Shown: positions 27,260 to 37,555, numbered from the stretch's first letter. The stretch is DNA of 64,000 nucleotides from an uncultured Spirochaetia bacterium (GCA_964389705.1 CAYMEO010000001.1:2591-66590), one strand, 5' to 3'. Notes: generated by a model not told the origin, from the sequence alone. Numbers and translations: made by a program.

Positions 27260-28933
27260 CTACTCTAGGTTGTTCATCTTTATAGGAGTCATTTCTTTTA
27301 TCTCGTTGTTTTCAATGGTGATTCTTCTTATCTCTGGCTCATCCTTTCCCTGTGGACCCGTCGCGGCGGTTTGAATAACAAATGGCCTATTTTTCTCCCA
27401 CCACCCTTTTCTCGCCTTCGATGTTGTTTTGCCGGCCAGTTGGTCGCTGTAATTCCAGCAGTATATCCCCACCTCTTTCCTTTTATCCTTGCGGTCGTAG
27501 TAGGATTCTAGCCGAAACTCTATGTTTTGATGTGCGTGTCCTGAGAGGACTAGATCTACCTTGTATCCCCTTTTGTTTGTTAGTCCGGTAAGAACCTCAA
27601 GAAACCTCTCCCAATTATATGCAAGGGAACCATAGCTCAGGTCCCTGTCTCTATAATCTATCCAGCCGTTGCCTGTTTTCTCCCTACGAAAATCCTCATA
27701 GAGTTCCTCTTTTACATATTTTCCCCTTATGTTTACAGGCGGCGTGTGCATAACCATAAGAATGGGGCCTTTATTTTTCTTCTGTTCGAAATATGAATCA
27801 ATAATCTCCATCTGGAGGTCTGTTACACAATCCGTATCAGGAGAGCCGCCGATCGCATCCCAGAGGTGGGAAAAAAAAGAGTAGTTGTCTTTACCGCCAT
27901 CGAGAAACAACAGGTCGGTACTTCCAAACCTGACAATATAGTCTAAATCCGGATTTACATGCCTGAAATATTCCTTTAGCCATTTGATATTGGCGGTGAG
28001 TATTGGGTCCAGATGAAGTACCTTCGTTTCATCGAGATAGTGGACATACTCCTCTTTTAGTCCGAAACTTTTAAACAACTCCTCCTGGCTTAGGTTGTAA
28101 TGATAGGGTCGGAAATCATGGTTTCCAGTCGTAGTAAATATTGGAATTGTGAGTTCATTATTTTGGTTTAGATCCCTTCCTAGAACAGAGTCGCAGAAGA
28201 TAGACAAATTCGATTCCTCAAAAGGGCATACGCTCATATCTAATGGGTCTGGCTTATAAAATTCATCTGGCTGATAATAGTCAACTATGTCTCCAGAGAC
28301 AATCAAAAAATCTATTTCATCTGAGTGGCTGTTGACGTACCGGATGAGGCGTCGAAAGTTTTCATTGAAGTTAATAAGACCCTTTTTGGCATCTTCGTAG
28401 ACAACCTTGGGCGCTTTGCCCTTTATCATTTCGAGTATTTTATCGTTTCTCCTTGCAATATGGAGGTCTGTTGAATGTATGAATCTCAGATTATTTCCAA
28501 TCGACTCGTAAACGCATAGGGCATGGTTATTTTCACTTATCTCAGAGCCGTGGGTGAGAATTAAATCAAAAAGGCGCTTCCTCTTGCCGCTCAGTACATC
28601 GCCTCCTTGAATGTGGACAATCACCTCCCAAAATGGGATTTCCTTTCTCCCCAGTTCAAGGATTTTGTGTATGATTAAGTGGGTTTCAATGTGGTTAAAG
28701 GACACGTCTCTTTGGTGGTTGACATTTGCTGCCTGCACGCTGACGACTTCAAGTGGAAATTTTATGTCCTTCTGGTCAACGGGTCTGATTGTCAGATTAT
28801 TGTTCAGCGAGTTTTTAACATCTGAGTCTTTCATATTTGACTCGGCAGAGATTATAAGGCTGATACCTGAGGAGAGCTCAGAGGCTGTGGTTATTAAGGG
28901 CTGTCCAAGATTCGGCCGCGTTATGTATAACAT
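27260..28933 (-). CDS. calcineurin-like metallophosphoesterase with uncharacterised N-terminal region of about 170 aa
   Basis: 557 aa. MPE motifs HSTDLH, SGDIVDY, GNHDF, MHTPP and SGHAHQ, in canonical order. The ORF could alternatively start at an internal Met. Confidence 0.65.
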   Translation of the reverse strand: MLYITRPNLGQPLITTASELSSGISLIISAESNMKDSDVKNSLNNNLTIRPVDQKDIKFPLEVVSVQAANVNHQRDVSFNHIETHLIIHKILELGRKEIPFWEVIVHIQGGDVLSGKRKRLFDLILTHGSEISENNHALCVYESIGNNLRFIHSTDLHIARRNDKILEMIKGKAPKVVYEDAKKGLINFNENFRRLIRYVNSHSDEIDFLIVSGDIVDYYQPDEFYKPDPLDMSVCPFEESNLSIFCDSVLGRDLNQNNELTIPIFTTTGNHDFRPYHYNLSQEELFKSFGLKEEYVHYLDETKVLHLDPILTANIKWLKEYFRHVNPDLDYIVRFGSTDLLFLDGGKDNYSFFSHLWDAIGGSPDTDCVTDLQMEIIDSYFEQKKNKGPILMVMHTPPVNIRGKYVKEELYEDFRREKTGNGWIDYRDRDLSYGSLAYNWERFLEVLTGLTNKRGYKVDLVLSGHAHQNIEFRLESYYDRKDKRKEVGIYCWNYSDQLAGKTTSKARKGWWEKNRPFVIQTAATGPQGKDEPEIRRITIENNEIKEMTPIKMNNLE

Positions 28934-29142
28934 TATTTATCCCCCTGATTTATATAGCCGGAGATTTTTGATTCCCTGTATATATAACAAACGGAATTTC
29001 TTGTCAATGTGTCATTGTGGTGAAAATCCTGCCCGGAGCGTATAATAATAGAGTCAGTGGCTTTGCCTCAAAAATTGAGACGGGAAACGGTAGTTCTCCT
29101 TAATTTTTGGCAAAACCGGGTTAATGCATAAGGAGGAAGAAC

Positions 29143-29715
29143 ATGGATACCTTACTTGGCATATGTCTTGGAATCGGCCTGAGTGCGGCATGTGGCTTTA
29201 GGGTGTTTGTGCCCCTTTTTATAATGGGCATTGCGTCTCTTGCAGGACACCTTAATCTGGCACCGGGCTTTGAGTGGATCGGCACTTATCCCGCCCTTAC
29301 GGCCTTTGGAGTGGCTACGTGCCTTGAAATCTCCGGCTATTATATTCCCTGGATTGATAATCTATTGGATACAGTTGCTATGCCTGCCGCAATCGTTGCA
29401 GGCACAATTGTAATGGCCTCATCTGTTTCCGATATGAGTCCGCTTCTTAAATGGGCGCTTGCTATCATAGTGGGCGGCGGCGTTGCCGGTACGGTTCAAA
29501 GCGCCACGACCATAACGCGCCTGGCTTCAACTGCGACAACATGGGGTTTGGCAAATCCAATTATAGCAACGATTGAGGCAGGTGGATCAATTACTCTATC
29601 CATTTTGGCTGTTGCCCTTCCGGTGTTTGCCGCTGTGGGGGTTATTGGAGTCATCTATTTCGGTGCAAAAAAGATATTTGAAAGATTCCAAAAGAATCAG
29701 GAGATTAAAGCCTAG
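29143..29715 (+). CDS. DUF4126-family integral membrane protein
   Basis: 190 aa. MDTLLGICLGIGLSAACGFRVFVPLFIMGIASLAGHL matches the characteristic DUF4126 N-terminus. Multi-TM. Confidence 0.6.
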   Translation: MDTLLGICLGIGLSAACGFRVFVPLFIMGIASLAGHLNLAPGFEWIGTYPALTAFGVATCLEISGYYIPWIDNLLDTVAMPAAIVAGTIVMASSVSDMSPLLKWALAIIVGGGVAGTVQSATTITRLASTATTWGLANPIIATIEAGGSITLSILAVALPVFAAVGVIGVIYFGAKKIFERFQKNQEIKA

Positions 29716-29967
29716 TCGGTGTAAATTCCCTTTATACTCTTCTGAGGAGAAATGGCCTATACTTCCGGACTTCTGTATGGGAATACCCTCATCAAATGTC
29801 TGGTATACACAACGCGGCATTTTGTAATCCGCTTATATTTGATGTTTGTCTGGCTATGCGGTAATACCAGCGAAAACCGTATAGATTCAACTGAAACATT
29901 TGGTAATGCAAAGGATCTCTCTTATACTTAAACAACTCTAATTTATGTTTCTTAAAGAGGAGAAAAA

Positions 29968-31224
29968 ATGGACGATCTATTTAAGTCGCCTGCCTTTGAG
30001 AATGCAGTTGCACAGTTTGAAAGGGCTTGCGAGAATCTTGCACTTGCCGATGACCTAAGAGAAAGGCTCAGGCTTCCTCAACGCACCTTAGTTGTAAATT
30101 TCCCGGTTAGAATGGATAACGGAAAGATTAAGGTTTTTACCGGTTACCGAATACAGCATAACCTGACGCTTGGGCCGTGCAAGGGCGGGGTTCGATACCA
30201 CCCCGATGTTGATATGGGGGAGGTGGCCGCGCTTGCTATGGGAATGAGTTGGAAATGCGGCCTTGCAGAGCTCCCATTTGGCGGGGCAAAAGGGGGTGTA
30301 GCTGTCGACCCGGTAAAATTATCACTTGGCGAAGTCGAACGCCTTACGCGTAGGTACACGGCGGAGATTCTCCCAATAATCGGTCCTAATAAGGACATTC
30401 CCGCCCCTGATATGGGGACGAACCCACAGATCATGGCATGGATGATGGATACATACAGTATGACCGAAGGATACACGATCCCTGCAGTGGTTACAGGAAA
30501 ACCGGTTCTCATAGGAGGCTCTTTAGGAAGAGAGGAGGCTACGGGCTTTGGAGTGGCATACATAGTTGAGGATGCACTGAGATACTTTGGAAAAACGCTT
30601 TCAGAGACGCGGGTTGCCATTCAGGGGTTCGGCAATGTGGGGACATACACGGCACTAAAACTCTCAGAGTTGGGTTGTCGGATCGTTGCCATAAGCGATA
30701 TATATGGCGGTGTTTATAATCCCTCTGGTCTGCCGATTCCAAAACTAATTGAGATTTCGAGACAGAGAGGTAGGGTACAAGAGTTTAAAGAGGCTGATAA
30801 GATAACCAACCTGGAACTCCTGACAATTGAATGTGACATTCTTATTCCCGCGGCGGTGGGAAGGGTAATTACAAAGGAAAACGCCTCGCAATTGAGGTGC
30901 AAGATGGTTGTAGAGGCAGCAAACGGGCCTACGACAACGGATGCCGATGATATACTTGAAGAAAGGGGAATTCCGGTAGTTCCAGATATCCTTGCAAATG
31001 CCGGTGGGGTAATTGTTTCGTATTTTGAATGGGTTCAAGGCCTCCAGGAATACTACTGGTCAAAGGATATTGTCTTTGCAGAACTCCAGAAGCGCATGCA
31101 CAATGGATTTAGAAGGGTGTCTAATTATGCAAAGGAAAAATCGGTCTCACTGCGCACAGCGGCCTTAATGCTGGGTATAAACCAGGTCGCGCAGGCCAAG
31201 ATATTGCGGGGATTATATCCGTAA
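29968..31224 (+). CDS. gdhA: glutamate dehydrogenase
   Basis: 418 aa. GPCKGGVRYHPDV...GGAKGGV active-site region. GFGNVG nucleotide motif. Confidence 0.95.
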   Translation: MDDLFKSPAFENAVAQFERACENLALADDLRERLRLPQRTLVVNFPVRMDNGKIKVFTGYRIQHNLTLGPCKGGVRYHPDVDMGEVAALAMGMSWKCGLAELPFGGAKGGVAVDPVKLSLGEVERLTRRYTAEILPIIGPNKDIPAPDMGTNPQIMAWMMDTYSMTEGYTIPAVVTGKPVLIGGSLGREEATGFGVAYIVEDALRYFGKTLSETRVAIQGFGNVGTYTALKLSELGCRIVAISDIYGGVYNPSGLPIPKLIEISRQRGRVQEFKEADKITNLELLTIECDILIPAAVGRVITKENASQLRCKMVVEAANGPTTTDADDILEERGIPVVPDILANAGGVIVSYFEWVQGLQEYYWSKDIVFAELQKRMHNGFRRVSNYAKEKSVSLRTAALMLGINQVAQAKILRGLYP

Positions 31225-31325
31225 GAATTCCCAAAATATGTAGCTCCCATCGCTTTGATCCGAATCTGATTCAAAACCAGTTTGAATCCGCGGTAGGTTA
31301 GGATAGACTTAGAGTTTAGTTGATC

Positions 31326-32174
31326 TCAGGGAATAAGAGCAGCATATTTGTCGAGTAATGGAAGTAAAGTCTCTTTACTGGCTGATGGTAATCCGAAGAT
31401 CACACGCTCAACTCCCGCCTTCTCCAACTCATCAACCGTTCTCTGATCGGGATTAGTATCATAGAAGTAGTAAACGATGGAGACCGAGATTTGCTTAGGA
31501 TCTCGCCCTGCAGCTTCTGCGCGCTGACGCAGTATCGTGATCTTTTCTGACAAGACAGAGGGCTCTATACCAGTAGGTATCCAGCCATCACAAAACTCGA
31601 TAATGCGATCAAAGGTTTTTGGCCCATCGCCTCCCATTAGGATAGGTGGGTGTGGCTTCTGTACAGGTTTGGGATACGACCAGATCTTATCGAAGTTGAC
31701 GAATTCTCCGTGAAATTCTGCCTCCTCCTTGGTCCAAATCTCTTTCATCGCTAAAATACGCTCGCGCAACACACGCCATCTTCTCTTGAAATCGGTGCCA
31801 TGATTTCCCATTTCTTCTGCGTTCCAGCCCCCACCAATACCGAATATAAAACGGCCTCCCGACAACTGGTCTAAGCTAGCGACCTCTTTCGCTGTAATGA
31901 TCGGGTCACGCTCAATAACTAAGCATATTCCAGTTGCAATCCGTAGCCGAATTGTAACTGTAGCAGCCGCAGTGAGTGTAATGAAAGGGTCATAAGTGTG
32001 CCAGTATTCTTTGGGTAGTTCTTTTCCGCCAGGCCAGGGACTGCGGCGGCTCGCCGGGATATGGGTGTGTTCAGGTACCCATAGGGATTCAAAACCGCGC
32101 TCTTCGAGTGCGCGTGCCAGATCGGCAGGGTGCATGGCATATTCTGTTGCAAAGATTGAAGCTCCAAATAACAT
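31326..32174 (-). CDS. LLM-class (luciferase-like) flavin/F420-dependent oxidoreductase
   Basis: 282 aa. MLFGASIFATEYAMHPADLARALEERGFESLWVPEHTHIP, a typical LLM N-terminus. Confidence 0.75.
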   Translation of the reverse strand: MLFGASIFATEYAMHPADLARALEERGFESLWVPEHTHIPASRRSPWPGGKELPKEYWHTYDPFITLTAAATVTIRLRIATGICLVIERDPIITAKEVASLDQLSGGRFIFGIGGGWNAEEMGNHGTDFKRRWRVLRERILAMKEIWTKEEAEFHGEFVNFDKIWSYPKPVQKPHPPILMGGDGPKTFDRIIEFCDGWIPTGIEPSVLSEKITILRQRAEAAGRDPKQISVSIVYYFYDTNPDQRTVDELEKAGVERVIFGLPSASKETLLPLLDKYAALIP

Positions 32175-32267
32175 CTTTGCCTCCTTTTAAAGATCCGACC
32201 AACCTCGATCCAGTCCCAAATTTCATCTTGGTTGAGTTGGTGTTCTCTCATACTATCTGGGTTCATT

Positions 32268-33182
32268 CTACTTCCTCTCATGCCCTCCACCTCTTAGAAT
32301 ATGGAACGCATGAAGCACCCAGGGAAATAGGGCATCCATTGATTCCGAAGCTCCCCTTGAGCTCCCAGGTAGGTTTATAATTATGGTCTTTCCCCTTACC
32401 CCTGCAGTCTCTCTTGATAACATTGCATAAGGGGTTCTTTGGAATCCATAGATCCTCGCAGCCTCAGGGATTCCAGGAACATCCCTTTGTATCACCGTTT
32501 TTGTGGCATCAACCGTTACGTCCCTTGGGTTGAGTCCAGTCCCTCCACTTGTCAGAATTAAATCCACTTTCTCCTCATCGGAGAGCCTTATAAGCTCCCT
32601 TTTTATCATGTCAAAGTCATCCGGAAGGATTCTGTACTCTACAACCTCAACAGGCTCTTTCTTGAGTTTTTCAACTATAATTTTTCCGGACTTATCCTCC
32701 TTTTTGCCCTGAGAGACCGTATCGGAAAGCACAAGGACCGCGGCCTTAAGAGGGGGCTTAAGATGCTGTTTCCACTCGCTCTTCCCGCCTCGTTTTTCAA
32801 TGAGTTTCACTGAGGTAATCTCGAGTGAATCGTCAATCGGCTTTAGCATATCGTATATGGTTAGAGCCGCAATTGAGGCTGCGGTAAGGGCCTCCATCTC
32901 TACACCCGTTTTCCATATAGCCTTTGCCTGAGTTTTAATTACAATCTTTTCTCCGAACTCAAAATCTACAGAGATCCAGTCTAGTGGAACCTGATGGCAA
33001 AATGGAATGAGTTCAGAGGTCTTCTTGGCCCCCAGAATTCCCGCCGCACGCGCCATCTCAATTACATCTCCTTTTGGCACATCCCCACTTTTAACCATAT
33101 CAATCGTCTCTGGCCTTGCTCGGACGGTAGCCTCAGCGGTAGCCTCTCTGAGGGTATCTAATTTTTCGCTTACATCTATCAT
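32268..33182 (-). CDS. moaC: bifunctional molybdenum cofactor biosynthesis protein: MoaC (cyclic pyranopterin monophosphate synthase) fused to a MogA/MoaB-like domain
   Basis: 304 aa. N-terminal about 150 aa is MoaC (PFCHQVPLDWISVDFEF..., EMEALTAASIAALTIYDM). C-terminal about 150 aa is MogA/MoaB-like (AAVLVLSDTVSQG...LILTSGGTGLNPRDVT...INLPGS). Confidence 0.85.
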   Translation of the reverse strand: MIDVSEKLDTLREATAEATVRARPETIDMVKSGDVPKGDVIEMARAAGILGAKKTSELIPFCHQVPLDWISVDFEFGEKIVIKTQAKAIWKTGVEMEALTAASIAALTIYDMLKPIDDSLEITSVKLIEKRGGKSEWKQHLKPPLKAAVLVLSDTVSQGKKEDKSGKIIVEKLKKEPVEVVEYRILPDDFDMIKRELIRLSDEEKVDLILTSGGTGLNPRDVTVDATKTVIQRDVPGIPEAARIYGFQRTPYAMLSRETAGVRGKTIIINLPGSSRGASESMDALFPWVLHAFHILRGGGHERK

Positions 33183-33400
33183 GGTTTTATTCCATCAATG
33201 ATTTATGGTATTGTGCTTTTATTCTATTGCCCATCTATAAATACATTACAGTTTACAGAATTTAGACTAAAAAACTACATTCGAAAGAACCTTGCTTATC
33301 ATACATTCATCTAATAGATAAGAAATGGTTGACATCTCTAAGCACATTTAATCTGGAGGTGTGAGGTATAGCGTATAATTAAGTAGTAGAGCTTCTGTTT

Positions 33401-34348
33401 GTGATGGGAGTTACAAGTGCCCTTATTATACTGGTTAGAGGGAGAAGCGGAGTCAGAATGAAGACTAAGGATCAAGAGAACAACGATAGAGAAGAAAATA
33501 AGGAAAAGGCTATCATAGAAGAGAAGCAGCCCCATATCGTCGAGTTTAGTTATACAGATAAGACCGCCATCGAGCCTGGGACATATCTTGATAGCGGCGG
33601 GGCCCTAATACCTCAGAATCTAATCTCCCGACGACACCATTGGGTTGTCCGTCTTACGCACTGGGTCAACGTGTTGGCGCTTACCATAATGGTGACAAGC
33701 GGACTGAGGATATTCAATGCCTATCCTATGTTTGCCCGTAGGGGAGATACATTCTGCTGTTATCCGTTTGAGGGGATTCGAATTCCGGAGTGGCTCACAT
33801 TTGGCGGATGGCTGGCAGGGGCACGTAATTGGCACTTCGCTATGATGTGGCTCTTGGTACTAAACGGGCTGGTGTATCTGGGGTTTATATACATCCACGG
33901 TGAGTGGCGAGAGTTGGTGCCACGGCGCGGAGACCATCGCGACGCCTGGGAGATGTTCAAGTTCTACATGTTTGTGCGAAAAGAGCACCCAAAACAGAGA
34001 AAGCATAACACACTCCAGAGGCTTACATACTTCGCAATGCCGCTTATCGGTATTGTCGCGGTGCTCACGGGGGTCGCAATCTGGAAGCCGGTGCAGCTTG
34101 GATTTCTCACGAATCTGTTCGGGGGCTATGTATGGGCGCGATACTGGCACTTTATGTCAATGGTCGCGCTGGTGGCATTATCCATTGTGCACATATTTAT
34201 GGTCTTCGCGGTTGATCCCTACTCCCTACCTTCTATAATTACCGGCCGTTATAATGAGAGGTACGCGCCTGAGAGACGTAATGCACGGCCTTTTTATAAC
34301 CTGTTGCCAGTCCGGGGGTCTGCTATTGCCGGGGAGAAAGAAAAATGA
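33401..34348 (+). CDS. membrane b-type cytochrome (Ni/Fe-hydrogenase-type cytochrome b, PF01292-like), partner of the downstream Mo-oxidoreductase
   Basis: 315 aa from the GTG at 33401. The true start may instead be the ATG at 33458 (MKTKDQ..), which has a GGAG RBS. Four predicted TM helices with conserved His (HHWVVRLTHWVNVLALTIMV, WHFAMMWLLV, WHFMSMVAL..HIFMVF). The first 12 codons of the long ORF copy a pilin N-terminus (see findings). Confidence 0.6.
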   Translation: MMGVTSALIILVRGRSGVRMKTKDQENNDREENKEKAIIEEKQPHIVEFSYTDKTAIEPGTYLDSGGALIPQNLISRRHHWVVRLTHWVNVLALTIMVTSGLRIFNAYPMFARRGDTFCCYPFEGIRIPEWLTFGGWLAGARNWHFAMMWLLVLNGLVYLGFIYIHGEWRELVPRRGDHRDAWEMFKFYMFVRKEHPKQRKHNTLQRLTYFAMPLIGIVAVLTGVAIWKPVQLGFLTNLFGGYVWARYWHFMSMVALVALSIVHIFMVFAVDPYSLPSIITGRYNERYAPERRNARPFYNLLPVRGSAIAGEKEK

Positions 34349-35052
34349 AGATAGACCGCCGGAAATTCCTATATCTCAGCGGGGCATCAATATCAGCCGT
34401 GCTCCTTTCTGCATGCGACTCGGAGGGACCGGATTTTACACGTGGGCTCCTTCGCTTTGCGCAAAGGCAGAACGAGAAGGTAGAGCGCGCCCTGTTTCGC
34501 TATAGGGCTATTGATATAGGGAAAGGACACCTGGCTGGAGATGCACTTCCCCAGTACTACATATCGGATACAGTTCCCATATGGGATGAATCTGTATTTG
34601 GCAAGTGGTCACTAGAGATTACCGGCTCTGTCCACCGGACGCTGCGTCTGACACTGGAGGATTTAATGAAGCTTCCAAGCATTACTCATCGGGTAAATCA
34701 TTACTGCGTTGAAGGATGGACAGCGGTAACCGAGTGGACTGGGGTGCGGGTCAGCTATTTGGCTAAGATGGCCGGTGTTCAATCCGATGCGGAGTACGTA
34801 GACTTTAAATCATTCGATAGCGGCTATCATGAGAGTTGGGACATAGAAAGCGCAATGCACCCACAGACTCTTGTGGTCTACGGGCATGAAGGAAGGCTTC
34901 TTGAGCCAGGCTACGGAGCACCAGCGCGTCTTCACTCACCAATAAAGCTGGGATATAAGAGCACTAAGTATCTCACACAAATCGTGTTTTTGCCATATAG
35001 AACTGGTGGATATTGGAGCGATCAAGGCTATGATTGGTATGCGGGAACATGA
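34345..35052 (+). CDS. molybdopterin-dependent oxidoreductase, sulfite-oxidase family (small YedY/MsrP-like lipoprotein)
   Basis: 235 aa. Lipoprotein/Tat-like leader [24 protein letters not shown]. Moco-binding core [21 protein letters not shown]...[22 protein letters not shown]. 4-nt overlap with the cytochrome b gene. Confidence 0.8.
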   Translation: MKIDRRKFLYLSGASISAVLLSACDSEGPDFTRGLLRFAQRQNEKVERALFRYRAIDIGKGHLAGDALPQYYISDTVPIWDESVFGKWSLEITGSVHRTLRLTLEDLMKLPSITHRVNHYCVEGWTAVTEWTGVRVSYLAKMAGVQSDAEYVDFKSFDSGYHESWDIESAMHPQTLVVYGHEGRLLEPGYGAPARLHSPIKLGYKSTKYLTQIVFLPYRTGGYWSDQGYDWYAGT

Positions 35053-36182
35053 TAGTAAAACAGCAGAGATTCCCTTATATAATGTGTTTTATGGGAGTGT
35101 ATGAATATGCCGGCAATTTTCAAGGTTTTATTTTTACAGTTATCCTATTATTTATGACAATGCAATCTAGCTCATATTCGGATACAAGGCTCGAAAAAGC
35201 CACATTTGCTGGGGGATGCTTCTGGTGTATGGTATCGCCTTTTGAAAAACTAGAGGGCGTCGTTGAGGTAATAGCGGGTTATACAGGAGGGCATAAAAAG
35301 AACCCGACTTATGAAGAGGTCTCAGCCGGAGGAACGGGGCACGTAGAGGCCGTTGAGGTCACTTATGATCCGTCTAAGATAACCTATTTACAGCTTCTTG
35401 AGGTATTCTGGAGGCAAATAGACCCGACCGATTCGGGCGGTCAATTCGTTGATAGGGGCGCGCAGTACAGAAGCATTATTTTTTATCACAATGATGAACA
35501 AAAAGCCCTGGCGGAGAGATCGAAAGAGGTGCTGGATAGATCGGGGATATATAAAAAGCCAATTGTTACGGAAATCGTTCCGGCTTCTGAATTTTATAAA
35601 GCGGAGGAATATCACCAGGATTTTTATAGGAAAAATCCTATAAGATACAAATATTACAGATACTTTTCGGGCCGTGATCAATACATTAAAAAGATATGGG
35701 GTGATGATATGGGAAATAAATATCCTCAAGACAGTAATGAGGCATATAAAAAACCGACTAAAGAGGAGCTCAGAAAGAGATTAACTCCATTGCAATATGC
35801 AGTTACACAGGAAGGGGGTACAGAGAGGCCATTTAACAATGAGTATTGGGACAATCACAGGGATGGAATATATGTTGATATAGTTTCAGGAGAGCCTCTT
35901 TTTAGCTCCCTTGATAAGTTTGATTCCGGAACCGGATGGCCGAGTTTTACGAAACCCCTTGAGCCAGAAAACATAGTAGAAAAGATAGATAAGAGCTTCT
36001 TTATGACAAGAACGGAGGTTAGGAGTAAACACGGAGATTCTCATCTCGGTCATGTCTTTGATGATGGACCCAAACCGACCGGGCTTCGATATTGTATAAA
36101 CTCCGCTGCCCTTCGTTTTATTCCAAAAGAGGATTTAGAAAAAGAGGGATACGGCAAGTATAAGAAGCTCTTTGAGAAATAA
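35034..36182 (+). CDS. msrAB: bifunctional peptide methionine sulfoxide reductase MsrA/MsrB
   Basis: 382 aa from the TTG at 35034; the start is uncertain (internal ATGs at 35049, 35082 and 35154). MsrA active site FAGGCFWC. C-terminal MsrB region ([47 protein letters not shown]). Confidence 0.9.
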   Translation: MVCGNMIVKQQRFPYIMCFMGVYEYAGNFQGFIFTVILLFMTMQSSSYSDTRLEKATFAGGCFWCMVSPFEKLEGVVEVIAGYTGGHKKNPTYEEVSAGGTGHVEAVEVTYDPSKITYLQLLEVFWRQIDPTDSGGQFVDRGAQYRSIIFYHNDEQKALAERSKEVLDRSGIYKKPIVTEIVPASEFYKAEEYHQDFYRKNPIRYKYYRYFSGRDQYIKKIWGDDMGNKYPQDSNEAYKKPTKEELRKRLTPLQYAVTQEGGTERPFNNEYWDNHRDGIYVDIVSGEPLFSSLDKFDSGTGWPSFTKPLEPENIVEKIDKSFFMTRTEVRSKHGDSHLGHVFDDGPKPTGLRYCINSAALRFIPKEDLEKEGYGKYKKLFEK

Positions 36183-36211
36183 CAAAATATATATACCCAA
36201 CGAGAGCCTAT

Positions 36212-37198
36212 ATGAACCACTTAGTGGATAAATTCGGAAGGACGGTTACAAAACTCAGGGTCTCTGTAACAGACAGATGCAATATGCGGTGCCTCTACTG
36301 TATGCCCGAAGAGGGTCTTAAGTGGACACCAAGAGAAGAGGTTTTGACATTTGAGGAGATTACGCGTGTCGTGAGATTATCCTCAGAACTGGGAGTAAGG
36401 AAAATCCGCATTACAGGGGGAGAGCCGCTTCTGAGAGAAGGTGTGGAAGAGCTGATCTATATCCTCTCCCAGGTGCCGGGGATTCAATCCGTCTCAATGA
36501 CTACAAATGGGTATTTCTTAAGGGAAAGAGCCGAAGCCCTGGCTCAAGCGGGGCTTCGCGGGATAAATATCAGCCTTGATTCCCTGAGGCCTGAGAAATT
36601 TAAGAAGATAATAAGGCGCAATTACTTCGACCGTGTCATTGAGGGAATTGATGCAGCAGAGCGTGCAGGCCTCTATCCGATAAAGATAAATGCAGTTGTT
36701 ATAAGGGGCTATAACGATGATGAAATAGAGGACTTTGCTCGGCTCTCCCTTACGAGGCCTTATAAGATCAGATTTATAGAGTTTATGCCCATTGATGGCC
36801 GAGGGATGTGGAAGAGGGATTTGGTTGTAACAAAGGCCGAGATTCTCGAAAGGGTAAATCGCGTCTCTGAGATAGTTGAGGTTGTAAACGGCGACGGAGG
36901 CCCTGCAAGAAATTACAGGTTTAAGAACGGCAATGGAGAAATAGGGGTTATAGCCTCTGTGTCTCAGCCGTTTTGCGGCAGTTGTAATAGAATCAGGCTT
37001 ACGGCTGACGGAAAGATTATGACATGCCTCTTTGCGCTTGATGAGCATGATGTCAAAGGGCTTCTAAGGGGCAATGGCACGGATGATGAGATTAAGGATT
37101 TTTTGATAAAGGCTGTAGGCACAAAATGGGCTGGGCATCTTATAAACCGTCCGGGTTTTATCAAACCTAAGAGGCCAATGTCTGCCATCGGAGGGTAG
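36212..37198 (+). CDS. moaA: GTP 3',8-cyclase MoaA (radical SAM)
   Basis: 328 aa. VTDRCNMRCLYCMPEEG radical-SAM CxxxCxxC. C-terminal Fe-S cluster (FCGSCNRIRLTADGKIMTCLF). Confidence 0.95.
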   Translation: MNHLVDKFGRTVTKLRVSVTDRCNMRCLYCMPEEGLKWTPREEVLTFEEITRVVRLSSELGVRKIRITGGEPLLREGVEELIYILSQVPGIQSVSMTTNGYFLRERAEALAQAGLRGINISLDSLRPEKFKKIIRRNYFDRVIEGIDAAERAGLYPIKINAVVIRGYNDDEIEDFARLSLTRPYKIRFIEFMPIDGRGMWKRDLVVTKAEILERVNRVSEIVEVVNGDGGPARNYRFKNGNGEIGVIASVSQPFCGSCNRIRLTADGKIMTCLFALDEHDVKGLLRGNGTDDEIKDFLIKAVGTKWAGHLINRPGFIKPKRPMSAIGG

Positions 37199-37555
37199 GG
37201 AACTAGTGTCAATTATATAAGCTCCTCGAAATTAGTTTGAGCTATTAGTTAAGAGAAATTTAACAGTCCTTTCATATCAGATTAATCTTCTCTATCTAAG
37301 CTCTAATAAAGAGTTCGTATTTTGATTTTACCTTAGTGTTTTGGTATATTTATTGATATAGTTTGAAATATTAGGAAAAGTTGCCAATTTGAGCTAAAAG
37401 CTGAGTGATTGCAATAGGAAAGATTAGTTTATATAATATCCAATCTATAAATCGAGGATTGAGATTCCGCTCAGACTTTTTTCCCTTTTATAGAAATCCA
37501 GAAATACAAAAATCTGTTTTCAATACCAAAATACAGGAGGAACTATAGAAAAAAT

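Noticed and set aside
37199-37555. 350 nt AT-rich gap upstream of phoH as a candidate small gene or riboswitch
   Set aside because: No ORF of 30 or more codons with an RBS, and no recognisable riboswitch consensus. Retained only as an unexplained long leader.
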